Shown here: one piece after another, positions 10,688 to 20,481 of the stretch
Numbering within the stretch: the first letter of the stretch is position 1
Layout: the number at the start of each line of letters is the position of its first letter
Source of the DNA: Planctomycetes bacterium DG_23
GTDB taxonomy: Bacteria > Planctomycetota > DG-23
Direction: 5' to 3'
Assembly (NCBI GenBank): GCA_001302825.1
Contig: LIZR01000006.1
Coordinates: forward strand, 1-35,089
Length of the DNA stretch: 35,089 nucleotides
Position numbers and translations under genes: made by a program
The notes under the pieces: generated by a model
What the model saw: only the letters and a program-made list of their open reading frames with translations
What the model was told of the DNA's origin: nothing
Databases searched by the model: none

Positions 10688-10774
10688 TGCCGGAGACGAG
10701 ACTCGAACTCGTACAGTCCATAGGGACCATTAGGCCCTCAACCTAACGCGTCTACCAAATTCCGCCACTCCGGC
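10688..10774 (-). tRNA. tRNA-Leu(GAG), CCA not encoded
   Basis: Reverse complement folds as a cloverleaf: acceptor GCCGGAG/CTCCGGC+A, D-loop GG, anticodon arm TTAGG-TTGAGGG-CCTAA, long variable arm, GTTCGAG T-loop. Confidence 0.95.
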
Positions 10775-10784
10775 CAATGACATT

Positions 10785-10812
10785 ATTGTACCACTTTTGG
10801 CATTAAAGTCAA
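10785..10812 (-). promoter_or_regulatory. Sigma70-type promoter of tRNA-Leu
   Basis: TTGACT-N16-TACAAT with TG extension, 10 nt upstream of the tRNA. Confidence 0.6.
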
Positions 10813-10853
10813 GGAGTTTTTTAGCCAAGGTATGCTCTTTCACTTAAACTATT

Positions 10854-12275
10854 ATGGATAAGGAAGATAAGGTTATGGGCAGTTCGTTCAAAAGGCCTTA
10901 CTGGCCATATGGGTTGATTGCCATTTTTGCTTTAACCCTCATATTAGTCGGCGTTTTCGGCTTTCTGGGTATGCGCTCGCTAAGAGTCCCCGGGGAAACC
11001 CCACAAGTCACTTCAAAAGATGAACTTATGCGGGCTCTGGGCATTCAGTTGCTTGAAGAGGCCTCGGCGCCTTCATTTACCCTGTCCGACCTCAATGGAA
11101 AACCCACCAGTCTCACTGATTTTAAGGGCAACCTCGTGCTTTTGAATTTCTGGGCTACCTGGTGTGGGCCCTGTGTAGAAGAGACGCCTTCCTTGGAAAG
11201 GCTACATTCAGAATACAAAGACCAGGGCCTGGTGCTGCTTGCGGTAGCCATTCAGAGTGATATTCGTTCAGTGGAAAACTTCGTGAGGGAAATGAACCTG
11301 AGTTTTAGAGTGCTTATCGATGAGGATGGAAGTGTCTTTCAAAACTACGGGCTATTCTCTGTCCCCACGACTTTTTTCATTGGAAAAGATGGCAAGATTA
11401 TTGGCCAGCGCGTAGGCGCGATGAATTGGGCCACACCTCAAATGTTAAGTCTCATAAGCCTGCTTTTATCTGACGAGCAAAGGCCACTGACAGTGCCTTC
11501 CCAGGCCGAAAGTCCTCCTGCCGAGATCGATGTAAGAACCCTGGAGACGGTGCCGCTTTTACTGGGCTTTTCTATCGCTTTCTTATTGGGCATACTCTAT
11601 TTCATTTCTCCTTGTGTTCTGCCTTTAGTTCCTTCCTATCTCTCATATATTACCGGGATGTCCTTCCAGGAATTAACCGCAACTCAGGAGAAGGCCAGAA
11701 GTCCATCCCGGCGTCTGGCCATAATTCATTCCTTATTATTTATCGTGGGCTTCTCCATATTCTTCGTTGTCTTGGGTGCTTCTGCCAGCCTTGCGGGCCA
11801 TTTTTTAAGAGAGCACCGGGATGTGGTCAGGATTGGGGGCGGAATACTGATTATAATTTTCGGGCTAATAATATCCGGCATTTTAAGAATTCCTTTTTTG
11901 ATGAGGGACTGGCGCATTCGGTTTAAGGAAAAGCCCACGGGATTTCTGGGGTCTTTTTTGGTGGGGCTTACTTTTTCGGCAGGGTGGACGGCCTGTGGAG
12001 CGCCGCTTTTGGGCTCGATACTCGCCCTCAGCAGTCAAACGGCAACCGTGGGGCGCGGTGTTTTTTTTCTATCGGGCTTTTCTTTGGGATTGGCGCTGCC
12101 TTTCTTCCTGAGCGCCGTGGCTCTTACTTCCTTTCTGAGCTTCTTCACCAAATTCAGGAAATTCATTGGGCTGGTAGAAAAGATATCCGGAGCATTGCTG
12201 ATTCTGGTCGGTTTATTGCTTTTAACTAACTCTTTTAACCTGCTTGTCCGTTATTTCTCCAAATTACTTCCCTGA
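10854..12275 (+). CDS. TlpA/ResA-like thioredoxin fused to a CcdA (DsbD-beta) transmembrane domain
   Basis: N-terminal TM anchor; LNFWATWCGPC and VPTTFFIGKDGKI (TlpA); SPCVLPLVPSYLSYI and WTAC (CcdA). The start could be ATG 10875. Confidence 0.9.
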   Translation: MDKEDKVMGSSFKRPYWPYGLIAIFALTLILVGVFGFLGMRSLRVPGETPQVTSKDELMRALGIQLLEEASAPSFTLSDLNGKPTSLTDFKGNLVLLNFWATWCGPCVEETPSLERLHSEYKDQGLVLLAVAIQSDIRSVENFVREMNLSFRVLIDEDGSVFQNYGLFSVPTTFFIGKDGKIIGQRVGAMNWATPQMLSLISLLLSDEQRPLTVPSQAESPPAEIDVRTLETVPLLLGFSIAFLLGILYFISPCVLPLVPSYLSYITGMSFQELTATQEKARSPSRRLAIIHSLLFIVGFSIFFVVLGASASLAGHFLREHRDVVRIGGGILIIIFGLIISGILRIPFLMRDWRIRFKEKPTGFLGSFLVGLTFSAGWTACGAPLLGSILALSSQTATVGRGVFFLSGFSLGLALPFFLSAVALTSFLSFFTKFRKFIGLVEKISGALLILVGLLLLTNSFNLLVRYFSKLLP

Positions 12276-12313
12276 GTTGCATATTCATACGGCGCCCCTA
12301 CTATACTATGACT

Positions 12314-14440
12314 TTAAGGTCTAAGTAATATGCGGGCATCGGCTACCTTGGCCCCCTTCCCTTCCTCCAGCACCATAAGCGGATTTACATCCAATTCCTC
12401 TATCTCGCCGAAATCAGTCACTAATTGTGAAAGCCTCAGGAGACATTCGGCAATCGCATCCAGGTCGGAAGGGGCCTGGCCGCGCAAGCCTGCCAGCATC
12501 CTATAGGCCCGTATGGATTCTATCATTCTGATAGCGCTTAGTTCGCGTATGGGTGCCAATCGAAAGGTGACATCCCGCAAGGCCTCCACATATATTCCAC
12601 CCAGGCCAAACATCAGGATAGGGCCGAAATGCGGGTCTCTTTTCATTCCTATGATTGTCTCTCGTGCACCTTTAACCATCTCAGCAATAGTAACGCCCCA
12701 GATGGAGGCTTTGGGCATTTTCCTTTTGACACTGCGCATCATCTCGCGATAGGCCCGTCTTATGCTTGACTCATCATCAAGCCCCACGCTCACGCCTCCC
12801 ACATCAAACTTATGTATTACATCCGGCGAGGCTATCTTCATCACTACTGGATAGCCGAATTTCTGGGCGGCCTTCAAGCATTCTTCCACACTCGTGGCCA
12901 GGATGTAATCCACCACGGGAAAGCCATAGGCCTCCAGGACTTCCACGGCCTCGGCTTCGGGGATGTGCGTGCGTTTTTCTTCTCGCGCCTTTTTGAATAT
13001 GGCTCGCACTTTGCGCTTTTTGACTTTGAAGGTCTTGAAAGCCGTGCGCGGACGCGTGGTCCAATCTGCGTACTGAGACATATTGCCGAGCGCCCGTGCC
13101 GCACTTTCCGGAAAGGTATAATGGGGAACAGCACCCTCCTCCAATATTTTCACGCCCTTGGATATATCCACCACGCCCATAAAGCAAGCCAGGATAGGTT
13201 TTGTCGCCCGGGTGCTTATCTGGCATATAACGCGGGCTATTTCTTCAATATCGGTCATTGTTTGCGGGGTGAGAATAACTATCACCCCATCCACCTTCCT
13301 GTCGGCGAGCACAGCGCGCAGGGCTATCTTGTAGCGGTCGTTTTGCGCATCACCAATTAAGTCAATGGGATTTTCTACAATGGCCTCTGCCGGCAATCGT
13401 TTTTTCATCTTAGCTTTAGTCTTGGGCGAAAGAGCGGCCATCTCCAGGCCGTATCTTATACAGGCATCAGTAGCCATTATTCCCGGACCGCCAGCATTAG
13501 TAACTATGGCCGCGCGGCGCCCCTGAGGTAAAGGCTGATTGGCAAAGGCCACTGCGCAGTCAAAGAGTTCCTCCACCGAATCAACCCTTAAGACCCCGGA
13601 TTGGGCAAATATTGCGTCATAGACTTCGTCCGAGCCGGAAAGACTCCCGGTATGTGATGAAGCCGCCTTGGCCCCGGGAGGGGTGCGGCCTGATTTTACG
13701 GCCAATATGGGCTTTCTTCTGGCGATTTCTCCTGTAATATCCCAGGCCAGTTTTATGAAGGCCTTCCCATCCTCCACTTCCTCTAAATACATTAAGACCA
13801 CATCTGTCTTGGGGTCTTCCGCAAAAGCGTGTAAGATGTCGATTTCATTCACATCGGCCTTGTTTCCCATACTAATGAATTTGGAAAAACCGAAGCCAGT
13901 CCCCTGGGCATAGTCCAGCACCGCGGTGCACAACGCCCCACTTTGAGAAAGGAAGGCAATATTGCCCCTTTTGGGAATGCTGCGGGCAAAACTTGCGTTG
14001 AGCGAAACCTCCGGGTCGGTGTTAATGACTCCCAGGCAGTTGGGGCCGACCAGGGATATATCGTGCCTTCTTACTATGCGCTTAACTTGCTCTTCTAACT
14101 GCACACCCCTTCCGCCCACTTCCTTGAATCCGGCGGAGATAATCACCGCACCTTTGACGCCTTTCTCGCCACATTCTTCAAGAACCTTGGGCACCACCTC
14201 CCGGGGCACAATTATCACTGCCAAATCTATCTCCTCAGGAATATCTTTTACGGAAGGGTAGCATTTGACGCCAAGGATGCCCTTGGCCTTAGGATTGACC
14301 GGATAGAGTATTCCCCGGTAGTTGTTTAAGAGGATATTGCGAAAGATGGCCTGACCCACGCTTTCCGGCCTTCGTGAAGCTCCGATTACCGCAATAGACT
14401 TGGGGCAAAAAATGGGACGAAGGTCTTCACACTCTTTCAT
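12314..14440 (-). CDS. Acetate/acyl-CoA ligase (ADP-forming), fused alpha-beta
   Basis: PKSIAVIGAS CoA-binding domain, GPNCLG, SQSGA, phospho-His motif ASSHTGSL, TNAGG, ATP-grasp C-terminus (HKFDVGGV, ELDVNP); ATG 14440 follows GAGGTGG. Confidence 0.92.
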   Translation of the reverse strand: MKECEDLRPIFCPKSIAVIGASRRPESVGQAIFRNILLNNYRGILYPVNPKAKGILGVKCYPSVKDIPEEIDLAVIIVPREVVPKVLEECGEKGVKGAVIISAGFKEVGGRGVQLEEQVKRIVRRHDISLVGPNCLGVINTDPEVSLNASFARSIPKRGNIAFLSQSGALCTAVLDYAQGTGFGFSKFISMGNKADVNEIDILHAFAEDPKTDVVLMYLEEVEDGKAFIKLAWDITGEIARRKPILAVKSGRTPPGAKAASSHTGSLSGSDEVYDAIFAQSGVLRVDSVEELFDCAVAFANQPLPQGRRAAIVTNAGGPGIMATDACIRYGLEMAALSPKTKAKMKKRLPAEAIVENPIDLIGDAQNDRYKIALRAVLADRKVDGVIVILTPQTMTDIEEIARVICQISTRATKPILACFMGVVDISKGVKILEEGAVPHYTFPESAARALGNMSQYADWTTRPRTAFKTFKVKKRKVRAIFKKAREEKRTHIPEAEAVEVLEAYGFPVVDYILATSVEECLKAAQKFGYPVVMKIASPDVIHKFDVGGVSVGLDDESSIRRAYREMMRSVKRKMPKASIWGVTIAEMVKGARETIIGMKRDPHFGPILMFGLGGIYVEALRDVTFRLAPIRELSAIRMIESIRAYRMLAGLRGQAPSDLDAIAECLLRLSQLVTDFGEIEELDVNPLMVLEEGKGAKVADARILLRP

Positions 14441-14512
14441 AACCACCTCAGTTCAGTTCAAAAAAGCCAAATATAGATAATGAAAAACTAATGTCAGGAC
14501 CATTATGCTGTG

Positions 14513-14615
14513 ATTTTATCCAGGAGGCCACTCTGGGTCAAGAAGAAATAATATGGCCGTGTGCGCAACTTGGTGTCCATAAAGACTTGACCTGGTCCGG
14601 GTAAAGATTTAGAAT
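14513..14615. promoter_or_regulatory. Divergent sigma70-type promoter pair
   Basis: Minus strand TTGACC-N17-TAAAAT (14513-14541); plus strand TTGACC-N17-TAGAAT (14587-14615). Confidence 0.55.
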
Positions 14616-14669
14616 TTATTTTCAGTACTCAATTTTTATGAATGAAGCCCACTTGAAAGACTGCTTGCG

Positions 14670-15986
14670 ATGTCCATAGATACCGCCCGGCAGAACGGCC
14701 GGGAAAAAGAAAAACGGCCGTCCGGCCCTTTATTCATAAAAAGAAACTACTACTTGGGGATATTTAACGGCGTTTCTTATTCCTTCGGTCGACAGTTCAT
14801 CAGTGCCCGCATAGTACTTTCCGAGTTCATTTACGAATTCACCCATTCCAGCACCCTGGTGGGGCTAACGGTCGCCCTGAATAGTGCCACGATGATATGG
14901 CCCCAACTTTTCGTGAGTAACTTAGTAGAACATCGGGCGCGCAAGAAACCCTTCTATGCCTTTTCCTGTCTGGTGCGCATTATAACCATTGCTTTTATCT
15001 TCCTTCTTCTGGCTCGAAGCGGCAGCAAACCGCGCAGTTATTTCTTTCCTCTTTTTTTTCTTCTCTACTTCATATTCGGTATTGGCACGGGTATCGGGAT
15101 AATTCCCTTTTATGATATAATATCCAGAACCATCCCGCCCACCAAACGGGGCTCCTTCTTTGGCAACCGCCGGTTCTGGAGCGGGCTTTTGATGTTTCCC
15201 TTCGCCCTTTTCTTTGTGCATCGGGTGGTGCGCTGGCCCTTCCCTCAGAACTATCTCACCCTTTTTGCCGTAAGTTCATTCTGGGTGGTTATGGGACTGA
15301 TTATTTTCCTTTTTGTAACTGAACCACCCGGCATCCCTCGAGCCCGGCGGTTGAGATTCAAATATCATTTAGCCTCTGGCTTTAGAACCTTAAGAAGAAA
15401 CAAAAACTGTAGAAACCTGCTGCTGATGCGTTTCTTCGCCACTATAGGCGACTTGCCTATGGCCTTTTATATACCGTATGCCATAAAGATTTTGGGTTTG
15501 GTGAAGGTGAGCGGTATCTTTCTTGCCTTCTTCACCCTGAGTCGGGTTTTGCCGAGTCTATTTTGGGGGAAAATGGGCGACAGAAAAGGGAACAAATTTG
15601 TTCTGGCGATGAATGCCATCCTGGTGACCATAGCCCCACTTATAGCCATAGCAGCCGGCAGTCTTTCAAAAGTGGTGCATATAGGTGGATGGGAGGCAAA
15701 TGTTGGAGAAGTGGTGCTTATTATGGCGCTGATGATAAGCGGGACGACTTTTAGCGGGCGATCCATCGCCCAGGTCAATTTCCTCTTGGAGATGGCGCCA
15801 GAAAGGCGCCGACCAAGTTTCATCGCCTTTATGAATACCTTCGCCTTCCCCCTTGCCTTTTTCCCTCTTTTGGGCGGTATTTTTGCCGATGCCTTCGGAT
15901 TTAATCTGCTCTTTTTTATATCTTTCCTTTCCGGAATGGCTATGTTGTATTTCGTATTGCGCCTGGAAGAGGTAAGGAAGACATAA
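14670..15986 (+). CDS. MFS transporter
   Basis: About 12 TM segments; MFS motif A-like WGKMGDRKGNK; IPPTKRGSFFG and APERRRPSF loops. Confidence 0.85.
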   Translation: MSIDTARQNGREKEKRPSGPLFIKRNYYLGIFNGVSYSFGRQFISARIVLSEFIYEFTHSSTLVGLTVALNSATMIWPQLFVSNLVEHRARKKPFYAFSCLVRIITIAFIFLLLARSGSKPRSYFFPLFFLLYFIFGIGTGIGIIPFYDIISRTIPPTKRGSFFGNRRFWSGLLMFPFALFFVHRVVRWPFPQNYLTLFAVSSFWVVMGLIIFLFVTEPPGIPRARRLRFKYHLASGFRTLRRNKNCRNLLLMRFFATIGDLPMAFYIPYAIKILGLVKVSGIFLAFFTLSRVLPSLFWGKMGDRKGNKFVLAMNAILVTIAPLIAIAAGSLSKVVHIGGWEANVGEVVLIMALMISGTTFSGRSIAQVNFLLEMAPERRRPSFIAFMNTFAFPLAFFPLLGGIFADAFGFNLLFFISFLSGMAMLYFVLRLEEVRKT

Positions 15987-16048
15987 TGTGGATAAAAAGG
16001 AAAACAAGGCGCATTTTTTGCCCGGGTCTCGGAGAAAGGAGGAGGAAG

Positions 16049-16708
16049 ATGAGATCTCTTTCGTTATTTATGACGGCGATAGGGGTTATCTTTTTGAGTT
16101 TCCAGGGGCGTCCTCTGACCGAGGCTAAGATTAGTTCGTTGCCTCAGCCAAGTCTAAAGGGAGATGTTTCAGTGGAAGAGGCCCTGGCCAGACGCAGGTC
16201 CATCCGGAGTTTCAGCGAAGAGAAACTCACTACCGAAGAGATTAGTCAGTTACTCTGGGCCGCTCAGGGAATAACTCAAAGAGGGACCGGCTTCAGAACC
16301 GCCCCTTCCGCTGGCGCCCTTTATCCGCTGGAAGTTTACCTGGTAACCGAAGATGGCCTCTTTCATTATATGTCCCAGGGGCATCGGCTGGAGAGGCTCG
16401 AAGATAGTGACCTGCGAAATGAACTGGCCGGGGCGGCTCTGGGTCAGCGAGCAGTAAGAGAGGCCGCAGTAGATTTCGTGGTCACCGCCGTCTATTCCAG
16501 AACCACAAGAAAGTATGGCCCAAGAGGTGAAAGGTATGTCCACATTGAGGTAGGTCATTTAGGGCAAAATATCCATCTTCAAGCCGTGGCGCTGGGACTC
16601 GGTTCCCTCTCTGTAGGCGCCTTCAGCGATGAGCAGGTCAGGCGGGTATTATCCTTGCCCAAAGAAGAAGTGCCTCTTTATATCATCCCTGTGGGCCATC
16701 CAAAGTAG
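16049..16708 (+). CDS. SagB/ThcOx-type nitroreductase-family dehydrogenase with N-terminal signal-like sequence
   Basis: RRRSIRSF, LLWAAQG, RTAPSAGALYPLEVY, EVGHLGQNIHLQA; start at 16049 after AGGAGGAGG. Confidence 0.9.
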   Translation: MRSLSLFMTAIGVIFLSFQGRPLTEAKISSLPQPSLKGDVSVEEALARRRSIRSFSEEKLTTEEISQLLWAAQGITQRGTGFRTAPSAGALYPLEVYLVTEDGLFHYMSQGHRLERLEDSDLRNELAGAALGQRAVREAAVDFVVTAVYSRTTRKYGPRGERYVHIEVGHLGQNIHLQAVALGLGSLSVGAFSDEQVRRVLSLPKEEVPLYIIPVGHPK

Positions 16709-16756
16709 CGGCAGAGAACCACCCTACGAAAATAATCAAATCTATCAAGATTTTGC

Positions 16757-16803
16757 TTGACAAGAGAAGTGTTTTTCAATATTATATGATTAAATGCTCA
16801 TAA
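16757..16803 (+). promoter_or_regulatory. Sigma70 promoter with overlapping inverted-repeat operator upstream of arsR-acr3
   Basis: TTGACA-N17-TATTAT (16757-16785); inverted repeat TATGA-N8-TCATA (16785-16802). Confidence 0.7.
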
Positions 16804-16813
16804 ACTCAAGGAG

Positions 16814-17131
16814 ATGGAAATGGAAGATTTCCCTCATCGTTTGGTTGCCGACTATTTTGCCGCTTTATCTCATCCTATAAGGGTCAAAATCCTGGAGCTA
16901 TTAAGGGATGGCGAGTGTTGCGTGTGCGAGATTTTCCCGGCCATAGGCGCTGAGCAGTCTAATACCTCCCGCCATCTGGCGGTGCTGCGTCGCGCGGGGA
17001 TTTTGAAAGAACGCCGGGAGGGGGTAAAAGTATTTTATGCGGTAGCAGATAAAAAGGTTTTTGGCATTATCGATGCCGCAAAAAGAATAAGCGGGCAGCA
17101 AATATTAGCCCGGGCTGAGGCCTTGAGGTGA
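16814..17131 (+). CDS. arsR: ArsR/SmtB family metalloregulator
   Basis: ALSHPIRVKIL, ECCVCEI metal box, QSNTSRHLAVLR helix-turn-helix; directly upstream of acr3. Confidence 0.9.
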   Translation: MEMEDFPHRLVADYFAALSHPIRVKILELLRDGECCVCEIFPAIGAEQSNTSRHLAVLRRAGILKERREGVKVFYAVADKKVFGIIDAAKRISGQQILARAEALR

Positions 17132-17244
17132 ATTCGAGATGTTTCTGGGAAAGGAAAGATAGCGCTGTATAAAACGGCGGTCTTAACAAAGTTGATTTTT
17201 ATTCTTATAAAAGTTTTGAGAATGCCGAAAAAGGAAACGATGAC

Positions 17245-18426
17245 ATGCAAGGAAAGTCACACCGGGTTGAACGAAGGCTGACGAGCTTTGAAAAATACCT
17301 CAGCATCTGGGTAATTCTTTGTGTCCTTACCGGCATATTGCTTGGCCGCTTAGCGCCGGGGGTGGCCAGGTCTCTCGATGGGCTGGCCATATATGTCAAA
17401 GGGGCCCCTGTAGTCTCTATCCCCATCGCTGTTTGTCTATTTTTTATGATGTATCCGATTATGGTAAAGGTAGATTTTGCCGCGGTGGCACAAGCAGGAA
17501 AAAACCCCAAACCGGTGCTTCTAACGCTCTTCGCTAACTGGGCCGTCAAGCCTTTCACAATGTATGCCATCGGTTTTTTCTTCCTCGGCGCCCTTTTTGT
17601 GGGCTTCATCGGCACCAGTGCCGTGGACTATGTCAAACTTCCTCCTGGCGCTGACTGGGCTGTTGGCAGCGTTCACGGAGCAGGTAAGGTAGTGATGCAC
17701 CAGAGTCTAAAGATGCTTGAGGTTCCTTTGTGGCGAAGTTACCTTGCCGGATGCATCCTCCTGGGGATTGCTCCCTGCACGGCGATGGTGCTGGTTTGGG
17801 GGTACCTGGCCAGGGGGAATGATGCTCACACTCTGTTAATGGTGGCCATTAACTCTTTGTCTATGCTCGTACTCTACGGGCCGCTGGGCGGCTTTCTGCT
17901 TGGTGTGGGTCGGCTGCCCGTTCCCTGGCAGGCACTGCTTCTTTCCATTACCATCTATGTTGCGCTGCCTTTGGTGGCCGGATATTTCTCGCGCCGGTGG
18001 ATTATCAAGACTAAAGGCCGGGAGTGGTTCCAGCAGAAATTCCTGCATCTTCTTACGCCGGTAGCCATCATCGCCCTCCTCGTTACCCTGGTTCTCCTGT
18101 TCTCCTTTAAAGGAGAAATCATCCTTGGACAGCCCCAGACCATCCTCTGGATTGCCGTTCCCCTTTTTATTCAAACCAATCTCATCTTCTGGATGACCTA
18201 TGGTTTAGCAAGGCTTCTAAGGCTATCGTATGAAGATTCAGCACCTTCAGCGATGATCGGCGCGTCCAATCATTTTGAGGTGGCCATCGCCACAAGCACT
18301 ATGCTCTTCGGCCTGGCGAGTGGTTCATCGCTGGCAACAGTTGTGGGTGTGCTCATTGAAGTACCAGTAATGCTGATGTTGGTCAAGATTTGCTTGAGAA
18401 CTCAAGGGTGGTTTTCCCGTAGTTAA
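17245..18426 (+). CDS. acr3: Acr3 family arsenite efflux transporter
   Basis: [50 protein letters not shown]. Confidence 0.95.
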   Translation: MQGKSHRVERRLTSFEKYLSIWVILCVLTGILLGRLAPGVARSLDGLAIYVKGAPVVSIPIAVCLFFMMYPIMVKVDFAAVAQAGKNPKPVLLTLFANWAVKPFTMYAIGFFFLGALFVGFIGTSAVDYVKLPPGADWAVGSVHGAGKVVMHQSLKMLEVPLWRSYLAGCILLGIAPCTAMVLVWGYLARGNDAHTLLMVAINSLSMLVLYGPLGGFLLGVGRLPVPWQALLLSITIYVALPLVAGYFSRRWIIKTKGREWFQQKFLHLLTPVAIIALLVTLVLLFSFKGEIILGQPQTILWIAVPLFIQTNLIFWMTYGLARLLRLSYEDSAPSAMIGASNHFEVAIATSTMLFGLASGSSLATVVGVLIEVPVMLMLVKICLRTQGWFSRS

Positions 18427-18447
18427 CCGGGAAGGAGATAATTGCTG

Positions 18448-18510
18448 ATGAAGACGGGTGTCCTTGCTGCCTTAAAGGAGATTAAGAGATGGCTTGAGAA
18501 TAGAACTTAA
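18448..18510 (+). pseudogene. 20-codon ORF after acr3, possible arsC remnant
   Basis: SD AAGGAG (18432-18437), then MKTGVLAALKEIKRWLENRT*. Resemblance to the ends of thioredoxin-type ArsC is by eye only. Confidence 0.25.
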
Positions 18511-18532
18511 AATTGCTCAAGAGGACCAGTTT

Positions 18533-19432
18533 TCATTCAGATTTAATAATTTTTTCTACAATTTTTTCAAGCGCCCGGGCAGCGAGATTCTGAGCATAGA
18601 AGAGGCTGTAAGGTTTACCTTCATCGCAGGCCGTTACTATAGCTGGGTCCATAGGGAGCCTCCCCAGGAAGGGTGCTCCCATCTCCCGGGCCATTCGCTC
18701 CCCTCCCCCGCTCTTGAAAGGCTCGATCCTCTTACCACAGTGAGGGCAAGTGAGACCGCTCATATTCTCTATAACTCCCACAAGCGAAAGATTAACCCGT
18801 CTGATGAACGAGATGCATTTACGCACATCCGATAGAGATATCTCCTGTGGCGTAGTCACAATAACGGCCCGGGCATCCGGGATAGCCTGGGCAATGGAAA
18901 GCGGTTCATCTCCTGTGCCCGGCGGCAAATCTATGACCAGATAGTCAAGCTCTTCCCATTTTACCTGGCCGATGAATTGCTTGATGGCGCTGCTTTTCAA
19001 GGGCCCACGCCAGATTATGGCATCATTTTCACTTTGCAGCAAAAAACCAATAGATACGATGCTCAATCCATCCAGCAGTTTGGCCGGAGTCATCAAGCCT
19101 TCTTTCGAGCCGAGCCGGGCCCGGTCCAGGCCTAACATTTTCGGGATGGAAGGCCCATGCAAATCCACATCCATAAGACCGACTTTAAATCTCCTCTTAG
19201 CAAGCCCTACGGCCAGGCTGCTGGCAATGAAGCTTTTGCCCACACCTCCCTTACCACTTATTACCATTATCTTATGTTTAATATGTTGGAGGCTTCTCTG
19301 AACAGCACGATTCAATTGATTGAGGTCAGACGCTCCGGTCGGGTAAGACTGACTGGCAGAGGGGGAGGTTCGCTCTCTTGCTTTGTTTTTCATATTAGGC
19401 ACTGCCCTTTCTTTCCGGGAAGGTTCATTCAT
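18533..19432 (-). CDS. mrp: Mrp/ApbC/NBP35 family Fe-S cluster carrier ATPase
   Basis: SGKGGVGKS, DVDLHGPSIP, WRGP, DLPPGTGD, VTTPQ, ENMS, CPHC; start uncertain (19432, 19402 or 19393). Confidence 0.93.
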   Translation of the reverse strand: MNEPSRKERAVPNMKNKARERTSPSASQSYPTGASDLNQLNRAVQRSLQHIKHKIMVISGKGGVGKSFIASSLAVGLAKRRFKVGLMDVDLHGPSIPKMLGLDRARLGSKEGLMTPAKLLDGLSIVSIGFLLQSENDAIIWRGPLKSSAIKQFIGQVKWEELDYLVIDLPPGTGDEPLSIAQAIPDARAVIVTTPQEISLSDVRKCISFIRRVNLSLVGVIENMSGLTCPHCGKRIEPFKSGGGERMAREMGAPFLGRLPMDPAIVTACDEGKPYSLFYAQNLAARALEKIVEKIIKSE

Positions 19433-20165
19433 CTACTTTTCGGGCTGCAGTAATGATGTCTTTTCTTAGAATCTCACTGTCACAGCGCAGTCCTTCGGGA
19501 AGCGGAATCGGCCTTGCTCCGCAGGTTTCTTCTCTCATCAAACTAAAGCCTTGCTGAAGCAAAGCCTCTTTGAAATCTTTCTGCCTCCAAGGGAAATGTA
19601 TCTCCTTCATCTCCCATGCGCAGTCCAGCTCTTCGTATTTAGTGAGAAATTCCATAGCGTCAGAAATATCCAGACGGTACTTATTTTCAGAAATCTGCTC
19701 CAGTTGGATAGGCCTGCCCACAAACTTTTCGGCAAAGCGCAAAAGCCTTTGCTTTGGTCTTTGGTCTTCGAACTTAAAGGTGACCTGACTGGGCTTTGGC
19801 CGCAAGTGGTCTTGGATTATGAGGATTCCTCCAGGCTTAAGCACGGAATGTGCTATTTCGATGGACCTTAAGCCGGCGTCCTCTCCGTTTATGGAAATAA
19901 TCTCGTGCAATACCTTTATAAGAAGGGCCGAATCGATTGAATTTTCAAGGAAGACCTGAGCCTGGGCAGGGGCAACAAGGAGCGCTACATTGGGCAGTCT
20001 TTTTCCCTTTGCGGCGTGAACCTTTTCCCAAGAAATATCCAGTCCTACAATCAGACTATCTGGAAATGATTCCTGCAGCTTCTGCAGAATAGCGCCACCA
20101 CCACAGCCAAATTCCACAATCTTCCCGGGTTGAATGAGGTCGTAGAAGCCAGCCAATTTTTCCAT
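19425..20165 (-). CDS. Class I SAM-dependent methyltransferase, substrate unknown
   Basis: IVEFGCGGG motif I, VGLDIS, VLHEI, VLKPGGILII. Confidence 0.85.
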   Translation of the reverse strand: MEKLAGFYDLIQPGKIVEFGCGGGAILQKLQESFPDSLIVGLDISWEKVHAAKGKRLPNVALLVAPAQAQVFLENSIDSALLIKVLHEIISINGEDAGLRSIEIAHSVLKPGGILIIQDHLRPKPSQVTFKFEDQRPKQRLLRFAEKFVGRPIQLEQISENKYRLDISDAMEFLTKYEELDCAWEMKEIHFPWRQKDFKEALLQQGFSLMREETCGARPIPLPEGLRCDSEILRKDIITAARKVDE

Positions 20166-20206
20166 TTGTGGTCATCTCCGCAGCTCTTCTTGAAAAACCA
20201 CCCTCA

Positions 20207-20446
20207 TTATCTAACACAAGTCCCATCGGAACAAGGTGGCACGGCGCAAGGTGTATCGCGCCCGCAGCAGGTGCCTCCTGCAATTGAGGGGCCTGACTTG
20301 ACAGAAACGGAAGGCACGGAAATGAGTTTGGCCAGCCTCTTGCTTCCGCAGGAAGGACAAGCCGGCTTTTCCTGCGCATTCACTTTCTTTTGAAAAACCT
20401 CGCTTACCTTGCCGCAATCTTCACATTTGTATTCGTAGATAGGCAT
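20207..20446 (-). CDS. FmdB family zinc-ribbon protein with Cys-rich tail
   Basis: MPIYEYKCEDCG...CPSCGS..L.KLIS; tail CCGRDTPCAVPPCSDGTC; start moved to ATG 20446 (GGAG upstream). Confidence 0.9.
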   Translation of the reverse strand: MPIYEYKCEDCGKVSEVFQKKVNAQEKPACPSCGSKRLAKLISVPSVSVKSGPSIAGGTCCGRDTPCAVPPCSDGTCVR

Positions 20447-20481
20447 TTTTGGCTGTCTCCAAGAATTGGTTTCGCCAGGCT

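Noticed and set aside
10688-10774. tRNA-Leu as an island integration site
   Set aside because: No integrase, and I saw no duplicate of the tRNA 3' end in the window.
16049-16708. SagB-like gene as part of a RiPP (TOMM) cluster, with the Gly-rich proteins as precursors
   Set aside because: No YcaO, E1-like or peptidase gene is in the window; stand-alone SagB-like nitroreductases are common; the Gly-rich ORFs are 5-7 kb away on the other strand and lack Cys/Ser/Thr-rich cores.
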